Below, one piece after another: positions 36,401-46,444 of a stretch of DNA of 64,000 nucleotides. A program made the translations under genes and the position numbers. Position 1 is the stretch's first letter; each line of letters starts with the position of its first letter. Origin of the DNA: Diadema antillarum (taxonomy: Eukaryota); the NCBI RefSeq assembly GCF_040938485.1, contig NW_027272210.1, forward strand, positions 1-64,000, written 5' to 3'. The notes under the pieces were generated by a model. The model saw nothing but the letters and a program-made list of their open reading frames with translations, was not told the DNA's origin and searched no databases.

Positions 36401-39400
36401 AGGTGGGAAGAGAAAGAGTGGAATCTCTCTCCCCACCTCCCTGCTTTAAACGTAAACATTCCGATCGACCACAAAAAGAAAACATTCCAGGACGTCCAGG
36501 GTGTCAGTTACACGCACCGCAGAAGAACGATAAATCAACTCATACAAGGTCGACCACTTACAGCAGCACTAGGCGTCAAACAATGACTAGTCCATTTGTG
36601 CTCAGTTATTGCACAGTGACCATTAGTTTTACAACTCTCCAACTTTAAACAGGGAAGTAAAAATAAAGTGTAAGAGCGTTCAGATGTTTGAAGTTTGCCT
36701 GTTACAACTACTTATGTATCTTTGAAGTTGGAGTTGAATGATATACATTGATGAACAATTTTGCAATTATTCAACATGTTGATGGTCTACAGGTAGTCAA
36801 ATGTGGCTTGATCGGTATCATAGTGTATAGCCGTATTCACATATTTTCTTAATTTACCTAGGGGATAGGTAATAATTATGATATTGACTGGCCTTTCTTT
36901 CGGGAGGTACCAGATAAATATCGCCCGCACTGAAAACATTGCCCTCGTCTTCGACTCGGGCAATATGCTTTCAGTTTGGGCAATATTTTCTGGTACCTCC
37001 CTCAGGGCCAGTCAATATTATATAATTATTCACAGCTCTACCAAAATTTGACCAGGCATTCTAAAGTAGAAGATGAAAATGTACAATAAGGGCCCAAATT
37101 TTTTAAGATTCCTTAATTTGGGGGTATTGGGGCCCCCTGGGGCCCTCTGGGTGGGGCATGGTGCTCATTTTGATAAATTGAGATCCTGACCCCCTAGGGA
37201 TGCTACTTGCCAAGTTTGACGAAAATCCATTATGAGGTTTTCAGGAAGAAGATGAAAATGTACAATTCAGGCCCCCATTTGGACCTTCCCAACCAACCAC
37301 CCCCCCCCCCCCCACCCCTGCCCCCAAGAGGGGCACCCCTGGATCTCCTATGAACAAACTTGAAACTACAGTCATTAATGTACTCACTCATAGTATTATC
37401 TTAGCTCTATAACTTCTGATTCTACAGAAGATTTTTAAAGATTCCTTCATTTTGGGGGTGTGGGCCCCCTGGGGGCCCCCTGGGTGGGGCATGGTGCCCA
37501 TTTTAACAAATTGAGATCCTAACCCCTTAGGGATGCTACCTGCAAAGTTTGGTGAAAATGGGTCATGGGGTTCTCAAGAAGAATATAAAAATGTACAATT
37601 TAGGCCCAAGTAGGACCCCTCCTCAACCCACCTCCCCTGGGTCCCAAGGGGGGCATCCCTGATTCTGCCATGAACAAATTTGAAACTGCAGTCATTAATG
37701 TACTCACTCATAGTATTAACTTAGCTCTATCACTTCTGGTTCTAGAGAAGAAGATTTTTACAGATTCCTTAATTTTGGGGGGTTTGGGCCCTCTGGGGGC
37801 CCCCTGGGTGAGGCATGGTGCCCATTTTAACAAATTGAGTTCCTAACCCCCTAGGGATGCTACCTGCCAAGTTTGGTGAAAATGGGTCATGGGGTTCTTA
37901 AGAAGAAGATGAAAATTTACAATTTAGGCCCCATTAGAACCCCTCCCCACCCCCTCCCCTGGGTCTCAAGGGGGGCACCCCTGATTCTGCCATGAACAAA
38001 CTTGAAACTACAGTCATCAATATACTAACTCATAGTATTAACTTAGCTCTATCACTTCTGGTTCTAGAGAAGAAGATTTTTACAGATTCCTTAATTTTGG
38101 GGGGTTTGGGCAACCCTGGGGGCCCCCTGGGTGGGGCATGGTGCCCATTTTAACAGTTGAGTTCCTAACCCCCTAGGAATGCTACCTGCCAAGTTTGATG
38201 AAAATCGGTCTTGGGGTTTTCAAGAAGAAGATGAAAATGTAAAAAGTTTACGCACGACGCACGACGCACGACGCACGACGCACGACGCACGACGGACGCC
38301 GGACGAAGGGCGATCGCAATAGCTCACTTGAGCCTTTGGCTCAGGTGAGCTAAAAACTCAATCTGCTAGCATTTCATGTGATGAAATGTTTTATTCATAC
38401 CTGATGTCAAGTCCTCAGTAATATACACTTGAAAGGTGCACATAATATAAACACAGTAGCTCTTCACCAGCTGTTTGACAATCCTGTTTAGAAGCAAAAT
38501 TCAAAACTGAAGAATTGTAATCCTATATGACCTGTCTCACATCTCTAAAAACAACTTGCTGCACTAATAAACAACTCTCATGAAACTGGTATTAAACTAA
38601 CTCTCCCCAAGCTTTGAAATACTCTCATGACTCAGCAAATGACCTCTGACCTGGTATATGCAAATTGCCAAAGCAGTAGCCTGCTGTCCCAGCCACGACG
38701 TGAGAGCCTCGTCCAGCAGACTGCACGTCTCTGATTCGCCCACCAGTCCCTGTTGTGGCTCCACTAAAGGGCGCAACACCTGGCAGCAAAATGGAGCAGA
38801 AAAAAAAAACCCACCATGAAGTTTGTTATTGAAATGGTAATAATAACAAAAAGAGAAGCAGAGAGGTGCAGAAGAGAGGAGGAAAGGAAAAAGAAGAACA
38901 AGAACACGAAAAAGAACAAAAATATAAGGAAGAAAAAAGGAGAAGGAGAAGTAAATGATTAAGAACAAAAGAATAGGTAAGGAGGGAAGGAGACTACAGA
39001 ACATATGAAGAAAATTGATGAGGCAGGAGGAGGGAGATGATGAAAAAGAAGAGGGATAAGAAGTGTCTGCAAATAATGTTTAATAACATTAATAGGATAA
39101 ATTCAAATAATCACGCTGCTATAACAAGACCAGGAATGGAGACACCTTGGCACTGGCAACCTCTGCTGCTTCCACCATCATTAAGGAGGATTTCATAGAG
39201 GTAGCAATATCTCCAGATCATCCCCAAAGGTAGCAATATCTCGAGATCATCCCCAAAGCATGGCAACCTCTGCTGCTTCCACCATCATTAAGGAGGATTT
39301 CATAGAGGTAGCAATATCTCGAGATCATTCCCAAAACATGGTAAGTATAAATGATCATCTTTGCCGAAAAATTTATGTGACAGAGCGGAGTCCAGTTATA

Positions 39401-42400
39401 ACGAAGTCCTCAGGACCGGCAGTTTTCTTTCGTTATATCAAAATTTTGTTATAACCGAACAAATAAACAATAAAAACACATAGAAGGGATAATATTACGG
39501 CCTGAATTTTTACTTCATTGTGACCGGAATTTTATTATAACCGTGTTTGTTATAATTGGAGTGCACTGTACAGCTCACAAGAGTTGCACATCATCGCAAA
39601 AACAACACCAGTGGCAAAACTTTCTTCTAGACCAGTACCACATCTGTTCCAATTAAGATTTATACCTGTGGGGAAGTTATGTGTCTCAGCCGTAAAGATG
39701 ATATGTCGGTCAAGACTCTTCTCCGTCATGGGCGTGGCCGTGGAACCGGGGCTGGCTGGATAGAGGGCCCTCATGGTAAATCCCTTGATGGCACTGCAAC
39801 AACAGTCACATAAAATTATCAAGGTCCTTCTCAGTATCTTCAAGAGAGTGTTTCATCATCTCTTTTCTTTCAGATATTTTCTGGACCTGACTCTACCTTG
39901 AAGAGATGAACAGTCAGATTGCTGTTTATTCCTCTATCCTGAATAGTCCTAAATCAACACATCTTATCATTCTGTCATCAGTCGATAGTGTACATGCAAT
40001 CATAGTTATGATTGAATGTACCAATAGTAAGTCTCATTGTTTTCTAAAATGATTGTTATTCCATTTGTGATTAAATCAATGCAGAAGATGCTGAATAAAT
40101 TTGATTTTGAATTTGCACATGACTTATTTTTGAATAGATGAAACACTTGTTTAAAAAAAAAAAAACACATCTTATAATGCACAATGTTTCTAGGCACTAT
40201 ACTGTAATTCAAAGTGCCATTTGTGCATTATTCACTCCCTGTGGCAGGTGGAGCAGCAGCATATGATTGGTAATTGTATCAATGTGACATTCTCTGAAGG
40301 ATTTCTAGAACTTTGACATGATTAAAACTTAACCCTTTGAAGACTAGTTGCACGCAGTCTTGGGCCAGCGTGTATGGGAATTGCGTATTAAAGCAGAATC
40401 AGCTCGTCCTCAATGGATCAAAAGGGGAGATCCATTTTCTTCACACTAAAATGTTGTGCTTTGGGGGGAAAAGGTCACAGAAACGGTACCTGCTGTTGTC
40501 AGAAAATTTGATGACATTGTTTGGGTTGCTCATCTCTTGGGTCTTCATCACCATCTTGAAGAGTGAGTCTTCCTTCTCCTCACCGTCCACCACCATCCGA
40601 CCCTTGAAGAACCAGTGACGGCTGTGCTCGCTGCAAACCAAAGTAGAAACAAAACTCTTAAATACAACGTAATGACACACAAAAAAAGAGAGCATCATAT
40701 AAACATATCGTCAAAAGGTGCCAACAATATCAACACTATCGTCTTTACATCACAAGGTACCAGTACCAACATGTTGAACTCTTTTCTCGTTTTTGTATTA
40801 AATGCAGGAAGATGAGTTTCTGTTTAAGTCAAGCTTTCAGATATTTCCTCTTACATGACAAAGGTACAGTTGCCAAAGTAAGATGCTTGCAAAAAAATTG
40901 AGCGGAGTTTCTTTAGAATATTAATGCTGATGACATTTTCCAACTATAACTTTCTACCTTCTATATTGGATATTCTTTCAATAACCAGTATGTTTTTTCC
41001 TTCTCTGTAATTTTTCAAATTCTTCTTTTTGTCTTTGCAGTGCAAATCACAATTCCCTACTTGAAAACATTTCTTACTTGCAAGAGAAGGGTGAAATGTT
41101 TGGAACAAACAAAATTCAGTCATATACAACTCAGGATGTAATCAAGTATCACGGTTGTGCGTGAGACTGTGTTTGGATGATACCTGTTTGATTGGGCAAG
41201 GTCAAAGCACTCCACGCTTGTTGGATTTCTCTTGACTTTGTTGACAAACATGTCGGTGTAGTATTCAAGATCCCATTCATCGAAAGCAAGGCCTGCATGG
41301 AAAAAAAAATACAGAACATCATAAACATTCTGCATTCTTTACTTCAAAACAAATGACTCTGCAAACATATAGTTACTGGCACAAGTCACAAAATGTTATA
41401 GATTGTTTTTACTCATCCTTTGAAAGCTACAGCAACTGCCAATCATTATGCAATGAAAACTTTTCACGAGCGAAAATGAAACTTGAGCATATATTGAATG
41501 GTGCTCAATAGTGTAATTGGAAGCTACAATGAGCCCACCCGATGATGTATGCAGGAGGCTTTATTAAGTGTTCAGGTATCTGATCTGGCTGCCTTGTAAG
41601 AGGTTTCTAACTAACCAAGATCTTTGTTAGCTTTCCTCAGAGCTGCTTGTCCCTGCTCCATGATATCCACATCATAGACGTCTTCCGGGTTTACATTGAT
41701 GGCAAAGCTCTTGAGTGGCTCCGAGTAGCGGCATTCTGTCATGCGATCATGGAGGGCAGCTACAATGGCACGCTCGGCATCAGCCAATGCGGCAGAGGCG
41801 TTCACTGCTATGAGGAAGCGCCGCGAGCGCTCGATGCGCGAGATGTTCCCGAGCCCAGCTGACTGGCAGATGGAGACTGCATTAGTTGACCAGGCTGTGG
41901 AGAAGTTTAACCTGCACAATGAACAGAACAGAAGTCAGGCTTGCTTACCATGTTAGATGAATTCAAAGTCTCTTTGTCAAAGCATATCACAAAGAGATGA
42001 GCTTTTTTTTCAGTTGAGTACAAGTAAAGTTCAATATATATCTCATAATGTGAATGCGAAAGAACAGCTGTTTGACAAAGATGTCACGAGATTACACAAG
42101 TCACACATTTGCCTGGACAAATACGAGAATCACACAAAAATGTCTGAAGAATGGCACAGTGTATTATGTTATGGCTTCTATTCTTTCAATTGTGTGTCTC
42201 TGAAGATATCAGTTGAAATGGATCCAATCTCAGAAAGCAATTGTCTATATACTACATAATTAAAAACAGCGAGGACTGAATTTTCTACCTAGGTAATAAT
42301 AATCACCGTGATGTTAGAGGTAAGTATGATCATGTATTGTATTCAGTTGAAAACAAATTTGAAAAATACTGCAAATCTCTTAATGCACAGCTTGATGCAC

Positions 42401-43726
42401 AGCTTTAATTGCAAGTTGAATTCAACTTCAGAACTAAAAGTCAACACAATTGAACAGTCCTCTGAGTATACATGTGGACAGATCATAGGATGCAATTGTA
42501 TGACTGGTTGAGGTGAGACATCAAATTTCACATGAATGGTTTATATGAGAGATCTGCATTACTTGCCTTCATACACCCCACAAACAAAAATTTCCAGAAG
42601 AACTCTTCACAGAAGAACCTTTTTACTTGTACGCTATGTACACATATTCATATCATTCAAAGTCAAACATGCCAACTGCAGTTTTCTTTTTAACAGGCAA
42701 GAACAGCCCTACAGCCAATGAATAAATAGGTAAATAGATAAATACATAATACACAGATAAAATAAAACAAAATACTAATACCATACATACTTTCACATTC
42801 TTGTGAAACAAAGGCACTTCATGTTTCAAGTGCACTGGCAGACACTTTCCTCCTAACTGCCACAACTAAGACACGAAAGCATGGCACCTCACCTAGGTCC
42901 TATCTCGATAAGTAGGGATCCATCCGTCCTTCTTGCATCAAGCACAGACGTAGACGAAATCCTGTCTTCCTGAAAGGGAATCCCGATGATGAAGAGCAGC
43001 TTCTTGACATCTTCAGCTGACAGATCTTTTTGAAAAGCAGACACAAAACAAAACAAATTGAATGGCCCAAAATTCAAATTTACACTCCCACCTCTCACAT
43101 GACTATATTTCTCTAAGAACACCTACAGTAACTTGTATTTTGGTTTTATTTTATCATTTTTCTTTGAAACAGTTATACATTGTTTTTATTCAAACTTTGA
43201 AATTGTTCACCAGCATGTATATGGAATCTGGTAATTTTTTGTTAGACACTCAAGTACCTTTGTACCATGAATGATCAAGACTAATCAAACTCGCCTCCTT
43301 TGCAAGTTTGCTGCTTTGTTGTTGGTAATCATTAACCTTTACATGACAAACAGAAGGGCTTTCAACTTACTGTCACACTTTGAGGAGTTACTGAATTTAT
43401 AGGAAAGGAAGAAAAAAAAGACTAAACCAGAAAAAAAGAGAACAAGAAAAAGATTCAAGGGGGAAAAGAAGAGGAAGAATTAAAACAAACAAACAAACAG
43501 AGATGGAGGAATCATCTACTGTACAGGATGAGAAAGTGAAGAGATAACACCCACAATACTGCATGATTATACACTCACCACCATCATCTACTTGGATGTT
43601 GTAGCATGTCTCTGTTTGAAGCGTCACATCGGCATCCTGTCCCACAATGCCTTTTACCTTGGCTAGTGTTGTCTGATGAGCCCCATCACTCAAAGCTGGG
43701 GTGGTAAAGTAGTGCAGGACAGCCAT
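18167..43726 (-). CDS. PFAS: Phosphoribosylformylglycinamidine synthase (FGAM synthase, PurL-type); 23 coding exons, 1338 aa
   Basis: complement join(43579..43726,42893..43025,41616..41911,41184..41292,40490..40630,39666..39793,38651..38779,35318..35578,34570..34800,33095..33318,32350..32487,31396..31527,30045..30275,28860..29040,27802..27885,26905..27060,26229..26339,25393..25544,24516..24726,23857..24057,23347..23508,20146..20295,18167..18474) = 4017 nt. All junctions GT-AG and phase-compatible. Motifs: [86 protein letters not shown], glutaminase GVCNGCQ, AHGEG, MPHPER. Confidence 0.97.
18669..18886. mobile_element. PIF/Harbinger-type MITE
   Basis: TIR GGCCCGAATTCACGAAGGTGGT(T/C)TAAATTTAAACCATG; 3-bp TSD GTT. 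Confidence 0.75.
19904..20080 (-). mobile_element. Tc1/mariner-type MITE (reverse)
   Basis: TA|CACTGCACTC..GTTATAACG..CTGCCGGTC..GATTG|TA. Confidence 0.6.
20146..20295 (-). CDS. PFAS: PFAS exon 22
   Basis: HNTSERYESRFVTV..LGIWVAHGEG. Confidence 0.95.
21538..22147. mobile_element. Foldback-type DNA element with repeated sub-terminal motifs
   Basis: TIR GCGTGTTTATACAG / CTGTATAAACACGC; internal GCTCATGC and ATGCGAGAGG repeats in both orientations; CpG-rich relative to the host intron. Confidence 0.65.
22335..22919. mobile_element. Kolobok-type non-autonomous element
   Basis: (C)TAA|AGGAAATCCAC ... GTGGATTTCTTCT|TTAA. Confidence 0.55.
22924..23008 (+). mobile_element. 85-bp piggyBac-type MITE
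   Basis: TTAA|CCCATTGAGGA ... TCAACAGG|TTAA; family also at 27977, 30389, 31674. Confidence 0.7.
23347..23508 (-). CDS. PFAS: PFAS exon 21 (glutaminase nucleophile)
   Basis: GWAAAIL..RPDTFSLGVCNGCQLM (not in ORF track). Confidence 0.95.
23857..24057 (-). CDS. PFAS: PFAS exon 20
   Basis: [39 protein letters not shown]. Confidence 0.95.
24516..24726 (-). CDS. PFAS: PFAS exon 19
   Basis: LRDVWEATSFQLERLQTNPTCVEEE; phase-1 donor G|GTGAGT. Confidence 0.92.
25393..25544 (-). CDS. PFAS: PFAS exon 18
   Basis: LEHLFAEELGLVLEV. Confidence 0.92.
26229..26339 (-). CDS. PFAS: PFAS exon 17
   Basis: [29 protein letters not shown] (not in ORF track). Confidence 0.93.
26905..27060 (-). CDS. PFAS: PFAS exon 16
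   Basis: GTLLYVDL..RLGGSALGQCYSQLG. Confidence 0.93.
27565..27645. repeat. (GTT)n/(GGT)n microsatellite
   Basis: Visible trinucleotide run. Confidence 0.9.
27802..27885 (-). CDS. PFAS: PFAS exon 15
   Basis: GALVISTYVGCPDITATVTPDLK (not in ORF track). Confidence 0.93.
27977..28061 (+). mobile_element. 85-bp piggyBac-type MITE
   Basis: Same family; ..TCCTCAACAGG|TTAA. Confidence 0.65.
28860..29040 (-). CDS. PFAS: PFAS exon 14
   Basis: [30 protein letters not shown]. Confidence 0.95.
29783..29931. mobile_element. PIF/Harbinger-type MITE
   Basis: TIR GGCCCCATTTCATAAAAA; 3-bp TSD CTG. Confidence 0.7.
30045..30275 (-). CDS. PFAS: PFAS exon 13
   Basis: VDRSVTGLVAQQQCVGPLHTPLADVAV..GEQPIKGL. 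Confidence 0.95.
30389..30473 (-). mobile_element. 85-bp piggyBac-type MITE (reverse)
   Basis: Same family, reverse orientation. Confidence 0.6.
30739..31041. mobile_element. hAT-like MITE
   Basis: TIR CAGAGACTCCAAC / GTTGGAGTCTCTG; flanking direct repeat GCTATC; internal CTCCCG repeats. Confidence 0.6.
31396..31527 (-). CDS. PFAS: PFAS exon 12
   Basis: VFKLDR..RVLRLPSVASKRYLTNK. Confidence 0.95.
31674..31758 (-). mobile_element. 85-bp piggyBac-type MITE (reverse)
   Basis: CCCGTTGAAGA ... TCCTCAACGGG|TTAA. Confidence 0.65.
32350..32487 (-). CDS. PFAS: PFAS exon 11
   Basis: IRLEDE..PVDLDLEWVLGSMPRK. Confidence 0.92.
33095..33318 (-). CDS. PFAS: PFAS exon 10
   Basis: GNVLKEICEP..LEIWGAEYQESNA..RERCPV. 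Confidence 0.95.
33530..34098. mobile_element. Kolobok-type non-autonomous DNA transposon
   Basis: TTAA target-site duplications on both sides; long TIRs starting AGGACAAGTTCACCTTCATAAACATAAGGATTGAGA (first 36 nt perfectly inverted). Confidence 0.85.
34570..34800 (-). CDS. PFAS: PFAS exon 9
   Basis: [33 protein letters not shown]. Confidence 0.95.
35318..35578 (-). CDS. PFAS: PFAS exon 8
   Basis: GYQLPWED..ASNGASDYGNKFGEP..KPIMFSGGIG. Confidence 0.95.
36205..36390 (+). mobile_element. Tc1/mariner-type MITE nested in HINE-like element
   Basis: TA|CAGTGGACTCC..GTTATAAC ... GTTATAATAGGAGTGCACTG|TA. Confidence 0.75.
36872..37028. repeat. ~155-bp imperfect palindrome (hairpin element) nested in HINE-like element
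   Basis: Arms ATATTGACTGGCC..GGGAGGTACCAGA..CTGAAA.CATTGCCC mirror each other around CTCGTCTTCGACTCG. Confidence 0.7.
38651..38779 (-). CDS. PFAS: PFAS exon 7
   Basis: [43 protein letters not shown] (not in ORF track). Confidence 0.95.
39154..39337. repeat. Local tandem duplication (107-bp period with 29-bp sub-repeat) in PFAS intron 6
   Basis: TGGCAACCTCTGCTGCTTCCACCATCATTAAGGAGG at 39154 and 39261; GGTAGCAATATCTC.AGATCAT three times. Confidence 0.85.
39381..39568 (+). mobile_element. Tc1/mariner-type MITE
   Basis: Same family as 36205-36390; ends GGAGTGCACTG|TA. Confidence 0.65.
39666..39793 (-). CDS. PFAS: PFAS exon 6
   Basis: [19 protein letters not shown]. Confidence 0.95.
40490..40630 (-). 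CDS. PFAS: PFAS exon 5
   Basis: [21 protein letters not shown]. Confidence 0.95.
41184..41292 (-). CDS. PFAS: PFAS exon 4
   Basis: LAFDEWDLEYY..RNPTSVECFDLAQSN. Confidence 0.95.
41616..41911 (-). CDS. PFAS: PFAS exon 3
   Basis: LNFSTAWSTNAVSIC..HDRMTEC..ANKDLG. Confidence 0.95.
42893..43025 (-). CDS. PFAS: PFAS exon 2
   Basis: DLSAEDVKKLLF..LLIEIGPR; AAG acceptor, donor AG|GTGAGG. Confidence 0.88.
43579..43726 (-). CDS. PFAS: PFAS coding exon 1
   Basis: tttcag|GA ATG GCT; MAVLHYFTTP..ETCYNIQ; donor G|GTGAGT. Confidence 0.88.
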
Positions 43727-44060
43727 TCCTGAAAGGTATCTGCAAAGGAATTCAACAACAGTAGCTGCTTGAAATCCTAGAATTACTTTCTTACAGCTGT
43801 AATTACGTGTATGCACTTTTAAATGTATAACAGACATCTCTATATAATTATCACATAATCATCTGATATTATACATGACCGAGAAAAAAATACCACTTAT
43901 AATACTCTGTAGATTGAATCTTATAGGCCAGGCTTTAATACATCAAAATTATGACTCAGATTCAGTCAGAGGAAGCCAACTAAGTAGGCTGCCTGAAAGC
44001 TTTACTTAAAATGTGCAACACAACAAGATTAGGCATAGGGGGCCTACACTGTATGTAGTA

Positions 44061-45155
44061 AGGGTACTAGATATCGCACAGGGACTTAATGGTCGCGCAT
44101 AGCGAAACTGCGTATAGCAAGCAATATTACGCGTAGGACTAAGCGCAAAATTTACCGATACGCCCATGGAATAAACATACCTGACAACTGCTAAACATGA
44201 GAAGGAAGCAGGTAAGAAATTTTGATTTCGAACAAATTTCTCACTAAATTTCCAATTTTTTCGAACGAATTTTTCACTAAATTTCCAATTTTTTACCTTG
44301 TAATTTACCTACCTTAGCTTAAAATCTGTTTTAAGGATGTTGTAGCCTATACATGTCATCTCGCTTGTCTCGTTCGTAGCCAATAGAATTCGCAATTTGT
44401 TCGATCGATCTTTTATGATATTCTACGAAAGCCCGTTACAGCCGCAGAGGGGCAGACACTTTCACGCATGAAACTACATAGGGCAGCTTCGCGACCTTTA
44501 CATACCCCGAGAAATCGAACGCATAAAATTAAGTCCAACATACAAACGGCGACAGCGCACTACTCCGTCATCGTATCATCAAGAGATTCTGGGAGGTGAT
44601 TTTTCTGCATTTTCGTGATATTTATTGAAAAATTTAGGTATGATTGTGGAATTAAGAGCATCACAAATTTTCGTGGGCAAAATCGTGAAATAGGCCCTAC
44701 CGCAGTGCGCGTGCACCCGTGCATTAGCAAGCAAGGGTAGGTCCTAGGGTTAGGGTTAGGTACTGTAGGTAGGGTTAGGGTTTTAGGGTTAGGTAAGGTT
44801 GTATTTATGATTAAATTGGCCGTTAAATTAGTCGAGGGACATTAGGGAGTCCTTCCGAAAGCAAAAAACGGGAGAAAGGGAGGACGAAAGATGCTATGCT
44901 GTGGAAATCGGCCCCACCGCTGTATCAATCTCGCGTAAACGCCGTTTGGTGGGGCCGCATTCACGAGCATTACACTGTGGAAGGAAGCCCCACCGCCATG
45001 CATACAAATGTAAAATTGTACCTACCGATGAACGCCACACGGTGGGGCTGAATTCACGAGTATAAACAGGCGAGCCGCCGTAGTATTAGTACGGACACGC
45101 AGTGGTGGGGCCTATTTCACGAGTATGCCTTTTCGTGCGCGATATCTAGACCCCT
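44061..45155. mobile_element. ~1.1-kb TIR-bounded element with TTAGGG core
   Basis: Ends AGGGTACTAGATATCGCACA vs AGGGGTCTAGATATCGCGCA (17/20); GTGGGGC..ATTCACGAG sub-terminal repeats; TTAGGG array at ~44745-44800. Confidence 0.6.
44228..44294. repeat. Two ~33-bp direct repeats
   Basis: TCGAAC.AATTT.TCACTAAATTTCCAATTTTT twice. Confidence 0.7.
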
Positions 45156-45582
45156 CAACCATACCATATTAATTTTAGGAAAAAGCATGTTGGCTGAAAT
45201 ACAAAAAAAAAAGAATAAACATTAAATGAAACCATGAGTTTCATAGTAATTAATAAAAGTTGCAAAATTAAGCTCAGATGTAATAAGACTGGAGAAAAGA
45301 CTATGTCTGGAGTAAAGCATTTAATAGAAAACACTAACGTTACTTGAGATTGATGTAGGAGGCCTAATTTACTGTATTTACTGAGCTGAGTTGAGTTAGA
45401 TGAGTACGTCGTTAACAAAGTAATATCTCAGACACACATATTTTAAGGTACGGGACTACATGGCAACAATGTGCACTTCAAGCTATGATGGACGTGTATA
45501 TGTAGCATTAACTGTTACCTGCCTTATCTCACGAAAAATGACAACTCCAACACATCGATGCAAACACAATTTCCGCTCTTAC

Positions 45583-45650
45583 CAATGATGTCCGGCAGTA
45601 ACGGGAGCAACCTTTGTCTGCACTTTTTCACCGAACGGTAACCCCAGATA
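45583..45650 (-). promoter_or_regulatory. Candidate non-coding first exon / promoter of PFAS
   Basis: The PFAS ATG lies 2 nt after an acceptor (43729), so an upstream UTR exon is needed. A CpG-rich stretch ends in a strong donor TTG|GTAAGA at 45582. The upstream limit is a guess. Confidence 0.35.
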
Positions 45651-45954
45651 AGGCCCCGTTCACACTGACCCACCTTCACAGCACAGTGCATACAGTAGTA
45701 ATCTGTATACAAGCGCCAGCGAAAGCTCGAAAGCGTGCGCGACCATTCATTCATTCATTCATTGTTCGTAAATTACCGGCAAGAAACCCCGGGAATATTA
45801 GTCTTTGCCCTGTACGTTTCTCTGCGTCTCATCTGTGGATTCGGGGAAACTCTGGCTAACAGTGCTTTAAACTGTGTTAATTGTGGTGATTGATATACAA
45901 TTTATCATTATTATACTTTGGCAAAGGTTTTAGACATAACATCGCATTACCTAC

Positions 45955-46444
45955 ACAAGAAATTTGGTTTTATGTTCTTTTCAATCCCTATGACCTTTTG
46001 ACTTCATGATCCCAAATTCACTTGTTTCTTTCAGTGCTTCATCATGAACACATCCTGCAAGTTTGGTGAAAATGTGATCGTCTGTTCCATTTCTTTTATT
46101 ACCCCCTTTGACCTCTGACCTAATGACCCCCCTAATTATTATTATTGTTTCCTTCTTCCTTCATTAGAAACACACCCTGCAAGTTTGGTGAAAATTCGAT
46201 TATCCGTTCTTGAATTATTGGGGTATATTAAGCTTATATGTCCTTTATGACCCCCTATGATCTTTGACCTTCGACTTCATGACTCCAAAACTTGATAGCT
46301 TCTTTCCTACTTCATTATGAACGCACCCTGCAAATTTCGTGAAAAAATTTCACCCAAACAGACAGACAGAAACGACAAACAAACAAACATACGGAACCGA
46401 AAACATACTCAGCCAGCCGTAGGTTTCACCTGCTGGCGGAGGAT
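45955..46444 (+). mobile_element. HINE-like element (degenerate)
   Basis: TGACCTTTGAC and CTGCAAGTTTGGTGAAAA tandem units, ACAG/AAAC microsatellite, terminal imperfect hairpin. Confidence 0.55.

Larger units (their letters stand above)
36019..38356 (+). mobile_element. Large HINE-like element with ~325-bp internal tandem array and nested MITEs
   Basis: 5' AACAAGAG..GCTCACCTGAG; 3' hairpin AGCTCACTTGAGC-CTTT-GGCTCAGGTGAGCT then AAAAA; (ACGACGC)n at ~38250-38292; unit markers at 37151, 37484, 37808, 38131. Confidence 0.72.

Noticed and set aside
37030-38250. Regular repeat arrays (also 58379-58678, 39154-39337) as CRISPR arrays
   Set aside because: Eukaryotic context, no unique spacers and no cas genes; these are transposon-internal tandem repeats.
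18475-43578. Intronic box C/D snoRNAs in PFAS
   Set aside because: The RTGATGA motifs I found by eye had no properly spaced CTGA box or terminal stem; a snoscan/Infernal run would be needed to exclude them.
44745-44800. TTAGGG arrays (also 11570-11640) as chromosome-fusion relics
   Set aside because: They are short, degenerate and enclosed by inverted repeats of mobile elements.
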